DNA from: Polyangiaceae bacterium | GTDB lineage: Bacteria; Myxococcota_A; Polyangia; Polyangiales; Polyangiaceae | DNA: 64,000 bases | Direction: 5' to 3' | NCBI GenBank assembly: GCA_965222375.1 | Contig: CBDCTZ010000012.1 | Coordinates: forward strand, 544,001-608,000 | Translations under genes and position numbers: made by a program | In this document: positions 1 through 8,767 of the stretch, piece by piece | Numbering within the stretch: position 1 is the first letter of the stretch | How the letters are laid out: each line of letters opens with the position of its first letter | The notes under the pieces: generated by a model | What the model saw: the letters and a program-made list of their open reading frames with translations, nothing else | The model's database searches: none | Told to the model about the DNA's origin: nothing

Positions 1-465
1 CCGCTCCTGAGCGAAGTGATGGCGAACGCCGTGGGGCCGGAGCCTGCTCAGGAGTGGGTGGAGCTGTTCAATGACGGACAGGCCGAGTGGTACATGGCCG
101 GGTTCGTTTTAACGGATGCTGCCGGTTCGACCGAGTTGCCCGAGCTGGCACTGGGCCCCGGTCAGTACGCTCTGATCGTCAATGACAGCTACGACCCGGA
201 GTCCTTCGCGGACCTGGCACCAGCGCCGGGAACTGTCCTTTTGCGAGTTCCGAAGCTTGGCAAGAACGGCCTCTCCAACGCTGGAGAGCCACTGGCGCTG
301 CTCGGCCCCAATGGTTCCGTCTGGTCGACGTTTCCCGCGCTGAAGCACTCGAAGGCGGGCGTGAGCGCTGCCCGACTTGTGGTCGGCACGTCCCCCGACA
401 CTTTCGGAATGTCGGCACAGCCCGGGGCTTCACCCGGGGCGCCAAACGCGCTGCAACCGCCCTGA
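1..465 (+). CDS. Lamin-tail-domain (LTD) protein, C-terminal part (5' end lies outside the window)
   Basis: Frame is open from base 1 (PLLSEVMANAVGPEPAQEWVELFNDG...GFVLTD...LGPGQYALI...LSNAGEPLAL...ASPGAPN), matching LTD motifs. Confidence 0.75.
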   Translation, partial: PLLSEVMANAVGPEPAQEWVELFNDGQAEWYMAGFVLTDAAGSTELPELALGPGQYALIVNDSYDPESFADLAPAPGTVLLRVPKLGKNGLSNAGEPLALLGPNGSVWSTFPALKHSKAGVSAARLVVGTSPDTFGMSAQPGASPGAPNALQPP

Positions 466-476
466 GTCGATGCCGT

Positions 477-1841
477 TCAGTTGCCGGCGACGGTCATGTT
501 CGCGATGCGGATCGTGGGAGCCGCCGTGCTCGTCTTGAACTCGAGGTCATTTCCAATGGCGTCGATGTTCTTCATCATTTCATCCAGATTCGAGGAGACG
601 GTGATTTCGCTGACCGGGAAGGTCCGCTTACCGTTCTCAATCCAGAAGCCTGCGGCGCCCCGCGAGTAGTCTCCGGTGACGGCGTTGAATCCGAAGCCCA
701 TCATCTCGGTGATGTATAGCCCCTTGTCCACACCGCCAATGACCTCCTCCGGTGTCTCGCTGCCCGCTTCCAAGTAGAAGTTGGTTGTCGAGGGACCGAT
801 GTGGCCACCTCGCCGTGCCGCGCTGGCCGTGGAGGCCTTTCCGAGCTTGCGGGCGCTGTAGCAGTCGAGCAGGTACATCTTCAGTCTTCCCTGCTCCACG
901 ACTACGTTTCTTTGGGATGCGAGCCCCTCGCCATCGAACGCCCGGGACCCCGGGCCCCGGGGGCGCAGCGGATCGTCGATCAGAGTGACGTGCTCGCTGG
1001 CCACTGGGGTGTCCACGCGGTCGAGGAGGTAGCTCGACTTGCGCCAAATCGCGCCTCCGACTGCGCAGCCAGCGAAGGTGCCGATCAGACCCCGCGCGAC
1101 GTCCGGATCGAAAACCACTGGAACTTCACAAGTGTCGACCTTTCGAGCGCCGAGCTTGGCCAATGTGCGCTTGGCGGCCTCGAGCCCGACTGCTTCCTCG
1201 CTCTCCAACAGCTCAGAATGTCGCCCTGCGGTCCAGTAGTAGCCGCGACGGCGCTTGCCGCCTTCGTCCTCCGCGACCGGCGTGACCACAAGCGACGCAT
1301 AGGAACCGCGTTGCTCCCCAACAAAGCCCGAGCTGAGCACCAACACGCTCTTCCCCGACACTCGGGAGAAGGTGGCGCCCTCGCTCAGAGTCAGCCGAGG
1401 GTCCGCTGCGAGTGCGGCCTTTTCCCCTTTGATCGCCCGGCGCAAGGCGTCGTCCGCGCCGATGCTGGCGACCTCTTCGCTGTACAGCTCGAGATCTGCG
1501 AATGGCCCCTTCGCCAGCGCTTCGGGGTCCGCCGGGCCCGCGTTGGGATCCGCTTCGGTCAGGTCCAAGAGTTCGAGCGCATCGCTAACGCAACGCGCCA
1601 GGCCTGTGTCGGATAGGTCGCTGGTGGATGTCACTGCGACCCTTTGGTCGCGCATGACTCGCAGGGACACTCCGCGGCTGCCGGCTTCTTCAACGAGCTC
1701 GGGTTCGCTCAGCCGAACCTTCGCGGACAGCTCCCAGCCTTCGCTGGCGCTGGCTTCAGCGACATCCGCGCCACCTTTTTTGGCGCGTTCGACGAGTTGA
1801 TGGGCTAGTGCCGACAGGTCTGGCGCCGCTTCGCTGCTCAT
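477..1841 (-). CDS. pmbA: TldE/PmbA family metalloprotease modulator
   Basis: 454 aa; FDGEG motif, GFNAVTGDYSRGAAGFWIENG, C-terminal P-T-I-R; no HExxH, as expected for PmbA rather than TldD. Confidence 0.92.
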   Translation of the reverse strand: MSSEAAPDLSALAHQLVERAKKGGADVAEASASEGWELSAKVRLSEPELVEEAGSRGVSLRVMRDQRVAVTSTSDLSDTGLARCVSDALELLDLTEADPNAGPADPEALAKGPFADLELYSEEVASIGADDALRRAIKGEKAALAADPRLTLSEGATFSRVSGKSVLVLSSGFVGEQRGSYASLVVTPVAEDEGGKRRRGYYWTAGRHSELLESEEAVGLEAAKRTLAKLGARKVDTCEVPVVFDPDVARGLIGTFAGCAVGGAIWRKSSYLLDRVDTPVASEHVTLIDDPLRPRGPGSRAFDGEGLASQRNVVVEQGRLKMYLLDCYSARKLGKASTASAARRGGHIGPSTTNFYLEAGSETPEEVIGGVDKGLYITEMMGFGFNAVTGDYSRGAAGFWIENGKRTFPVSEITVSSNLDEMMKNIDAIGNDLEFKTSTAAPTIRIANMTVAGN

Positions 1842-1874
1842 TGTTTCACACCCTGTTGTTGGGAGTCTGCGCTG

Positions 1875-2423
1875 TCAATCCCGCGCGAGCGTGGCTTGGT
1901 GCTTCCGAATCCCCCGGGCGATCACCGCGATACCCGCCGCCAAGATCGCGGCCAGCCAAAGCAACGCGTAGCCCAGGGGGCTGCCCGCGACGGCCCGGAC
2001 CCCGAAGTCGTCGTGGAACTGGGTGTAGGTTGCGACGCGGCCCAGACGAGCGGAGCTGATGACCAGCATCGCCACTGCGAGCCCTAGAGTGGCCAATAGC
2101 AACTGTCCGACCAGCCGGGGGCGGCGTGCCCAGGAGATCGCTCGGGCGCACAGCACTCCCAGAGGCGGACCGAAGGCCGCCGCCAGCGCCAGCAGGGTGG
2201 AGAAGAAGCCAGGAAGCCTGCGAGAATCCACGCGGTAGGCCAGGCACCAGTCCGGGGCCAGAGCCAGCAGAAACGCGGTTGCCGGGCCGAGCAGGACGGC
2301 GCCGAAACCCGCTGCTAGGACTACGGTCCTGCTCTCGGTAATCGAGCTGCGATCGTTGCTGCTCAGCCGCGCCAGCCCCATACCGACTACGAAGCCAATC
2401 AGTGGAAATACGACGGCCGGCAT
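1875..2423 (-). CDS. Hypothetical multi-pass membrane protein
   Basis: About five hydrophobic segments; ATG at 2423 preferred over TTG 2441; co-oriented with pmbA. Confidence 0.7.
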   Translation of the reverse strand: MPAVVFPLIGFVVGMGLARLSSNDRSSITESRTVVLAAGFGAVLLGPATAFLLALAPDWCLAYRVDSRRLPGFFSTLLALAAAFGPPLGVLCARAISWARRPRLVGQLLLATLGLAVAMLVISSARLGRVATYTQFHDDFGVRAVAGSPLGYALLWLAAILAAGIAVIARGIRKHQATLARD

Positions 2424-2512
2424 CCGCAGCAACAAAAGCACTTCTGAGCCTGCTTGAAAAGTGAGACAAAGCGCCGCAGGAACTTGTCGGCCTCAGCCCC
2501 CCGGGTCCCAAG

Positions 2513-3283
2513 ATGAATGAAGAACTGCTCATACAGCTGCTGAAGCGGATCCAATCCGGCGAAACGGATGTGGATAGCGCCTTGGCGGAACTGCGACAAT
2601 TGCCCTTCGCCGATCTCGGCTATGCGCGGGTGGATCATCACCGTGCACTCCGCCAAGGATTGCCGGAAGTAGTGCTCGGCGAAAAAAAGCAGCCGGCTCA
2701 CATCGTCGGAATTGCCAAGCATCTGATCGCAACCGGTCAGAACGTGCTCATAACTCGGGTGGCTGCGGACGCGGCAGACGCGGTTTGTGCTGAGGTCCCC
2801 CAGCTGCACTACACGCAGATCGCAAGGGTGCTCAGCTACGAGCATTCTCCGATACAGCCCAAGAAGATGACTCCGGTCGCTCTCGTAACAGCAGGTACGA
2901 GTGATTTGCCCGTTGCCGAAGAAGCGGCCGAAACACTGCGCATGGCTGGAATTCCTTTCGAGCGGCTAGTGGACGTGGGCGTGGCAGGGATTCATCGACT
3001 CTTCAACGGCCTGGACACGCTGACGTCTGCCCCAGCGGTGATCGTCGTGGCGGGAATGGAAGGCGCGCTGCCGAGCGTGGTCGGTGGACTAGTGGCCGGT
3101 CCGGTTATCGCAGTTCCGACCTCCGTCGGCTACGGCGCGGCCCTAGGGGGGTTCACCGCCCTGCTCGGTATGCTCACAGGCTGCGCGTCGGGCGTGAGCG
3201 TCGTGAACATCGACAACGGTTTCGGTGCCGCTATGGCAGTCGTGCGATACGTGCGCGCTAGCGAGGCGGCGAAACGCGAATGA
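2513..3283 (+). CDS. larB: Nickel-pincer cofactor biosynthesis protein LarB (AIR-carboxylase-like)
   Basis: ARVDHHR, PEVVLGEKK, AGTSDLPVAEEA, DVGVAGIHR, AGMEGALPSVV, PTSVGYG, VVNIDNGFGAA motifs. Confidence 0.95.
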   Translation: MNEELLIQLLKRIQSGETDVDSALAELRQLPFADLGYARVDHHRALRQGLPEVVLGEKKQPAHIVGIAKHLIATGQNVLITRVAADAADAVCAEVPQLHYTQIARVLSYEHSPIQPKKMTPVALVTAGTSDLPVAEEAAETLRMAGIPFERLVDVGVAGIHRLFNGLDTLTSAPAVIVVAGMEGALPSVVGGLVAGPVIAVPTSVGYGAALGGFTALLGMLTGCASGVSVVNIDNGFGAAMAVVRYVRASEAAKRE

Positions 3284-4602
3284 GCGAAGAGAACGATTCG
3301 ACTCAGTCCTCGGGTCACTCCCACGGCCATGCCCACGGTGGCCATGGCCAGGATGGGGAGGGACCCGTGGGCGCAGCGGCGTTGTCGCGCCCGGATCTGG
3401 ATGAGCTTGCTGGGCGCGACAGGTGGCTTCACTTCGACGCTCCCAGTGGCATTGCCGGCGACATGACCGTAGCCGCCCTCGTCAACTTGGGCGTGCCCTT
3501 CGACATTGTCACCGCAGCGGTGGCAAAAGTGGCGCCTGCCAACGTCAGCGTGCAGGTGGAAGCCGTGTTTCGTGGGGCAATCGCCGCCACGGCATTTCGC
3601 GTCCGTCCGCCCGCCGAAGACCGAGAACGAACGCTCGGAGAGATCCTCCAACTGCTAGAGGGTTCGGCTCTGGATCACGAGGTACTGGATCTGGCCAAGC
3701 GTATCTTCCTACGACTGGGTCACGCAGAAGCAAAGGTCCACCAGATCGAGCTGATGGACGTCGCTTTCCATGAAGTGGGCGCGATGGACGCCATCGTGGA
3801 CATCGTCGGCGCTGCGGCGTGTCTGCGATACCTGGGTGGGTCTGTTTCCGCCTCGCCACTGCCGGTAGGGCGAGGGTTCGTGGAGTGCCGCCACGGGGTT
3901 CTTCCGCTGCCTGCCCCGGCGACATTGGAATGTCTCACCGGCGTGCCGACCTACGATGGCGGAGTCGACGCTGAGCTGGTGACGCCCACTGGGGCCGCAA
4001 TCATCTCGACGGTTGCCACGGAGTTCTGTCGGTTCCCGAGTTGGACGCCTGAGCGAGTCGGTTGGGGAGCGGGGAGCCGTCTGCTTCCGGATCGTCCCAA
4101 CGCGCTCAGAGTGATCCTGGGCTCCAGGTCTGGCAGCGCAGCGGACGTGCAAGCGGGAACCCACGTGGTTGTTGAAGCCAATCTCGATGACGCCACGGGC
4201 GAACTCGTAGGTCACGCCATGAATGCGCTACTTCGTGCCGGCGCGTTGGATGTTTGGGTCACGCCATCAACAATGAAGAAGGGAAGGCCGGGACTGGTGC
4301 TGCATGGGCTCGCTCCTTTGGACCAAGCCGAGGCCCTCGCTGCGACGATGCTGAAGGAAACCCCGAGCATCGGCGTGCGCTGGAGCGTGCACTCCCGCCT
4401 GGAGCGCCCTCGGGCGATCTTGCACGTCGACACCCGCTTCGGCTCGGTGCCCGTGAAAGTGAGTGCTGGGCCGCACGGCCCTCCGGAGATCAAGCCCGAG
4501 TTTGACGTCTGCGCGAATTTGGCTGCGGACTGTGGTGTGTCCGTTCGCGAGGTGATCCGCAGCGCGCTAGATGCGGCGAGGGAACAAATCGAATCGGACT
4601 AG
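3280..4602 (+). CDS. larC: Nickel-pincer cofactor nickel insertase LarC
   Basis: SGIAGDM, FHEVGAMDAIVDI, PLPAPAT, ELVTPTGAAI, EANLDD, MKKGRPG, KPEFD; ATGA overlap with larB. Confidence 0.95.
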   Translation: MSEENDSTQSSGHSHGHAHGGHGQDGEGPVGAAALSRPDLDELAGRDRWLHFDAPSGIAGDMTVAALVNLGVPFDIVTAAVAKVAPANVSVQVEAVFRGAIAATAFRVRPPAEDRERTLGEILQLLEGSALDHEVLDLAKRIFLRLGHAEAKVHQIELMDVAFHEVGAMDAIVDIVGAAACLRYLGGSVSASPLPVGRGFVECRHGVLPLPAPATLECLTGVPTYDGGVDAELVTPTGAAIISTVATEFCRFPSWTPERVGWGAGSRLLPDRPNALRVILGSRSGSAADVQAGTHVVVEANLDDATGELVGHAMNALLRAGALDVWVTPSTMKKGRPGLVLHGLAPLDQAEALAATMLKETPSIGVRWSVHSRLERPRAILHVDTRFGSVPVKVSAGPHGPPEIKPEFDVCANLAADCGVSVREVIRSALDAAREQIESD

Positions 4603-5240
4603 TCTGGCCGCTCGACGGGTAGCCCCGCAGCTTCCCAAGAGAGGACACCACCTTCTAGGAAGGAGACCGGCACGCCCTGCTCTGCCAACGTCTTCGCCAG
4701 GTCCTTGGTTTGGTCGCCGGAACGACAGTAGACCACTGGCGAGCCGGGCAACATGTGCAGCTCGGCCAGTCTAGTTGGCACCTCGTCCAGCGGGATGTTG
4801 ACCGCTGTGGGCAGGTGAGCGCGGGCAAATACCTGACTGTCTCGGGTGTCCACCAGACTCACCTGAGACCGCGTCAGCAGTGCTGCAACCTCCTCCGCTT
4901 TCAGGGCACCCTGTGCTCGAGGCAGATAGGGTTCGAGTAACTCTCGCAGCTCCGTCCGTCGGAGCGCACCCACCCGGCCACCCACTGGACGACCCTGGTG
5001 GAACACGGCGAAGGTTGGCACCGACTGCACGCCGAGCTCTCGTGCCAGAACTGGCGAGCGATCGATGTCCACGTGGGCGACCTTCGCTTTCCCCTCCAGC
5101 TCTTGGGCGACAGCGGCAATCTCGGGAGCTACGGTCTTGCACGGCCCGCACCATTCAGCGCCGAATTCCAGCAACACCGGCACTTCGCTCATCATTACTT
5201 CTTGTTCGAAATTCTGCTCTGTGATCGGGATGACGGCCAT
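4599..5240 (-). CDS. Thioredoxin-rhodanese fusion protein
   Basis: N-terminal WCGPC thioredoxin with cis-Pro VPT; C-terminal rhodanese (LVDTR...HLP.A.NIP...YCRSG...LEGG..SW). Confidence 0.9.
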   Translation of the reverse strand: MAVIPITEQNFEQEVMMSEVPVLLEFGAEWCGPCKTVAPEIAAVAQELEGKAKVAHVDIDRSPVLARELGVQSVPTFAVFHQGRPVGGRVGALRRTELRELLEPYLPRAQGALKAEEVAALLTRSQVSLVDTRDSQVFARAHLPTAVNIPLDEVPTRLAELHMLPGSPVVYCRSGDQTKDLAKTLAEQGVPVSFLEGGVLSWEAAGLPVERPD

Positions 5241-5284
5241 GAACTAGCTCCGTGCGAGGGTATAGCGCGAAGCGCACCGTGTCG

Positions 5285-6046
5285 TCACCCGGGGGCGCTG
5301 CCAAGGCGGCGATGCGCTAGCCGTGGGTCGCTACCCTCGGCGCCAGCTTCCGCTAGGACGTAGAGAGCCCATGTGAGCAGCACTACCCCGGACGCGGACG
5401 CGAATAGGGTGCCCGACATCGTCCGCGTCGCGGGGTGAAGGAGGCTCCCCCAGGATGTCCAACCCGCCGCGTGGCGGAGTCCGACGAACGAGAGTGCGGC
5501 TTCCACACCAACGGCATAGGCGGCCGTCAGGGCAGAGTTGACGGCCACGGGGCGAAGGCAGTGGGGCAGGACGTGTCGGGACAAGGTGCGGAAGGACGAG
5601 GCCCCGAGAGCGCGAGCGGCCAAGACGAAGTCTTCGGATGCCACGCGGCGTATTTCTCCGCGAACGACTCGTGCCAGCTCAACACCCCGAAGTAGTCCCA
5701 AGCAAACACCGAGCAGAGTCAAACTCCCCGCGGGCCATGACACGACGATGCCGGCCACTACCAGGATGGGGAGCGTGCTCGTGAGTTCCACTCCCCGGGA
5801 CAACGCTGCGTCCGCGCGACGACCCCACCAGCCAGCAAGACTACCGGCCACCACCCCCAGGAGAGCTGACACTCCGGTCGCCAGCAGCCCGATCCATACT
5901 GCGGTCCGAGTGCCGAGGAAGACGGCGCCAACGCCTCGGCCAGCTCCGGGATCGAGCGCGATCTGTGCGACCGCCGCGACAAGCAGAAAAGCGATCACCG
6001 CGGCTGCGGCAAACCGAACCTTCGCGTTGGATTGCGGCCCAATCAT
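5285..6046 (-). CDS. Peptide/nickel ABC transporter permease (DppC/OppC-like)
   Basis: EAA loop DFVLAARALGAS..RTLSRHVLP; EAALSFVGL...SWG. Confidence 0.88.
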   Translation of the reverse strand: MIGPQSNAKVRFAAAAVIAFLLVAAVAQIALDPGAGRGVGAVFLGTRTAVWIGLLATGVSALLGVVAGSLAGWWGRRADAALSRGVELTSTLPILVVAGIVVSWPAGSLTLLGVCLGLLRGVELARVVRGEIRRVASEDFVLAARALGASSFRTLSRHVLPHCLRPVAVNSALTAAYAVGVEAALSFVGLRHAAGWTSWGSLLHPATRTMSGTLFASASGVVLLTWALYVLAEAGAEGSDPRLAHRRLGSAPG

Positions 6047-7521
6047 GGCCGGTCTCCGGTGCGCTCGAACGTCGTGCCGCTCACCCGAGGGTCGAGGCGT
6101 GCCAGTGCCGCATCGCTGGCGATCTGCAAGAGCGCAGACACCGTCATCACGCTGAGCCCCACGGCCATCAGCCAGCTCGTATCACCGTCGTGAATCGCGG
6201 CTATCGTTGTTGGGCCAAGACCCTGCAGGTTCAGCGCGTGCTCCACCACGAAGCTTAGGGACATCAGTGTGGGGATCTCCCTTCCCAATAGCGATAGCAC
6301 CGCGCTGCTGGCTCCACGGCTGGACCGCCATGCCACACCGAGTTCGTCGAAGCCGAAGGCGCGGCGAGTTCGCGCGTGATCGAACAGCACTTGTTCCCGC
6401 ACCGCCGTCCGCTGATAGCGCGAAAGCAGGGCAGCGGTGGCGAGGCTCATCAGGGAGACCCCGAATCCGAAGCGGATCGCAAAGGGTGCATCCGCGAGCC
6501 CAAGCCCAGCGAGCAAGGAGATGGGGAGCGCCACCAAGACCAACGCGATGGGGGTCACCACCCCGTCGATGGATCGCCGAACCGCCGACCACGTCCCGAC
6601 GAGCAGCCCGCCTCCATAGCTCGCGATGAGGGCCAGGACCAACAGGGCAAGAGTCACCGGCGCGCGAGATGCGAGCACATCGAGCACAGGGTCGCCCCGA
6701 GCCGTGTGCCCGAGGCGCGAATACACGGCGTTCTGGGCCCATCGTCCGTATTGGGTCTCCGTCACCATTGCGAGCAGCCGTTCGGGGCCGTCAAGGGAAA
6801 CGTAGTCGAGGCGATTGTCCCGCCACCAACGCCGCCAAACCTGGCGCTTGGAGCGAGCCTCGGCCTGGCTGGCATTCGGGTCGAGGGACCAAGGAAGTGA
6901 CGTCACGTGGGCAAGTAGCGCAGTTACCCGTGCGACGCGCTTGACGTCCTCGGGGCCCTTGACGCTGGGCAGCGCGGCGATCAGCTCGGGCAGGGCGTAG
7001 GTATCCAGACCAATCACGTCGTCGCGGCGGCCATCGCTGGCGCGACGCGCCATGCGCCGCACCGCGCGTTTGGCCACTCCCGGGCGATAGTCGATGGAGC
7101 GATCCTGCCAAAAACGATTCCAAAACAAGACCGCCGTTTCCGGATTGTTCAACTCCTCTCGGGAGCCGAGCCCAAGGCGTTTCGCAATCGGTGCCAGCGC
7201 CAAGGCCACTCTTGCCCGGGCGGCTGGGGGTAGGGCGTCCAGTTCGGGCAGCACGTGCGGAAACGCCGCGCCGCCAATGCGAACGAGTTCAGGCGCTGCG
7301 GCCTTTGCGTCGGATCCGCCCTGGGCGATACGCTGCACCAAGGCCTGGGATTTCTGGCGGACGGATAGGGGGTTTGGTTCGAAGAACCGCGGTAGCGGTC
7401 GTGCCTGGCTTCCGCCATCGGGGCTTCCTTGCCCCCCGACGCGGAGGAAGGCGAACAGTAGCACCGACATCACCACGAGCGTTGGCCCGATCCACAGGAC
7501 GCGCCTGAGGGTATGCCGCAT
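6043..7521 (-). CDS. Peptide ABC transporter permease (DppB/OppB-like) with large extracytoplasmic insertion
   Basis: N-terminal TM (RRVLWIGPTLVVMSVLLF), LGHT..GDPV.DVL..RAPVTL.L, C-terminal VVE.A.NL.GLG...D...ARLDPRV; about 220-aa insert. Confidence 0.8.
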   Translation of the reverse strand: MRHTLRRVLWIGPTLVVMSVLLFAFLRVGGQGSPDGGSQARPLPRFFEPNPLSVRQKSQALVQRIAQGGSDAKAAAPELVRIGGAAFPHVLPELDALPPAARARVALALAPIAKRLGLGSREELNNPETAVLFWNRFWQDRSIDYRPGVAKRAVRRMARRASDGRRDDVIGLDTYALPELIAALPSVKGPEDVKRVARVTALLAHVTSLPWSLDPNASQAEARSKRQVWRRWWRDNRLDYVSLDGPERLLAMVTETQYGRWAQNAVYSRLGHTARGDPVLDVLASRAPVTLALLVLALIASYGGGLLVGTWSAVRRSIDGVVTPIALVLVALPISLLAGLGLADAPFAIRFGFGVSLMSLATAALLSRYQRTAVREQVLFDHARTRRAFGFDELGVAWRSSRGASSAVLSLLGREIPTLMSLSFVVEHALNLQGLGPTTIAAIHDGDTSWLMAVGLSVMTVSALLQIASDAALARLDPRVSGTTFERTGDRP

Positions 7522-7530
7522 GACCTACCG

Positions 7531-8766
7531 TCAGCGCAGGAACACGAAGCCCGTGACGGCGACCACCAACAGCACCCCCAGCACGGTCAGGCCCACGACG
7601 TGGGGTGGCCACCCTGTCGTGGGAATGTCGACGGGCTCTTCGTCTAGATCGAATACCGGCGGTGGGGTCGAGGGAACTCCGGATTTCTCGGGTCGGCTCT
7701 CGCCGTCTTCGTCTCTGAGCACCGGGCTGGTCATACCCAGCATCGTGTGACCGACACGCAGCGAGCGAGACTCACGGGCCGCTTCATCACTGACTTCACC
7801 GGTTTCGACGTCCTCCGCGTGGACGGCTTGGGCGCGCATCGTCGAGTCCGCCGAGGGAACCTCGGGGAGCGCGTACTTCCGGTACGCGAGCTTGTCTTCC
7901 GCAGAAGCCTCTTGCACGCCGTCACCGTCGAAACGGGCGACGATCACGGTGATATTGTCGTGGCCGCCAGCCAGATTGGCGCGCTCGGTCAAGACTTTGC
8001 AGGCCTCCAATGGGTCGGGCACCGCCAGCAGGACCTCCCGCATTTCGTCGGCGCGAATCATGCCACTCAAGCCGTCCGAGCAGACCATTAGCGTGTCGTT
8101 CTTGCGAAGTTCGACATGGGTGAGGTCGACCTGGACCGTGTCAGCCGTTCCAAGCGCCTGGAGAATGATGTTGTTGTGCTCGAAGGTCTCCGCCTCCTCC
8201 TCGGTCAGCTGCCCAGCCTCGATCAGCTGATTGACCAAGGATTGATCCCGAGTGACCTGCACTAGCTTCTCGCCGCGAAGGATGTAGGCGCGGCTGTCAC
8301 CTACCTGGGCTACGAAAAGAGTTTCGTCGAGGAGCGCGGCGATGGTCGCCGTGGTGCCCATTCCGCGGCGAGTGCGATCCGCTCGGGCCTCGTTGAAGAT
8401 TCGCACTCCCGCGTCCTCTACCGCATTGACGAGGCGCCGCGCGAGTTCGTCCTTCTCCAGTGGGGGCTCGCCCTCTGTCAGCCGCTCGTAAATGATATCG
8501 ACTGCTAGCTGGCTCGCGACTTCGCCCGCGGCCGCGCCGCCCATTCCGTCACAGACGCCCAGCACCGTGCCTCGCCGTCCGACAACCTGCTTGCGGTCCC
8601 CCTCCATCAAGCTGCGCGACTTGCGGGTGAGATCTGCAACGAGGAAGTTGTCCTCGTTGTGCTCGCGGATCTGCCCCACGTCGGTTCGACCGAAGACGTG
8701 CATGTGGATCCCCGCCTCCGCGGATTCGGCGGTCTTGGAGGACTGGTCCTTGTCGTCGTCGCTCAT
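7531..8766 (-). CDS. PP2C/Stp1-type Ser/Thr protein phosphatase with C-terminal membrane anchor
   Basis: DVGQIREHNED, VCDGMGG, GMGTT, VGDSRAY, CSDGL, GGHDNIT; C-terminal TM; ATG 8766 lies 1 nt after the stop of the FHA gene. Confidence 0.93.
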   Translation of the reverse strand: MSDDDKDQSSKTAESAEAGIHMHVFGRTDVGQIREHNEDNFLVADLTRKSRSLMEGDRKQVVGRRGTVLGVCDGMGGAAAGEVASQLAVDIIYERLTEGEPPLEKDELARRLVNAVEDAGVRIFNEARADRTRRGMGTTATIAALLDETLFVAQVGDSRAYILRGEKLVQVTRDQSLVNQLIEAGQLTEEEAETFEHNNIILQALGTADTVQVDLTHVELRKNDTLMVCSDGLSGMIRADEMREVLLAVPDPLEACKVLTERANLAGGHDNITVIVARFDGDGVQEASAEDKLAYRKYALPEVPSADSTMRAQAVHAEDVETGEVSDEAARESRSLRVGHTMLGMTSPVLRDEDGESRPEKSGVPSTPPPVFDLDEEPVDIPTTGWPPHVVGLTVLGVLLVVAVTGFVFLR

Positions 8767-8767
8767 T

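Noticed and set aside
477..1841. pmbA without tldD as a RiPP-processing signal
   Set aside because: No precursor peptide or YcaO genes nearby; unlinked tldD/pmbA is common.
2479..2510. GGAACTT upstream of larB as a second sigmaE promoter
   Set aside because: The nearest GTC-type -10 is 19 nt away, outside the usual 16-17 nt spacing.
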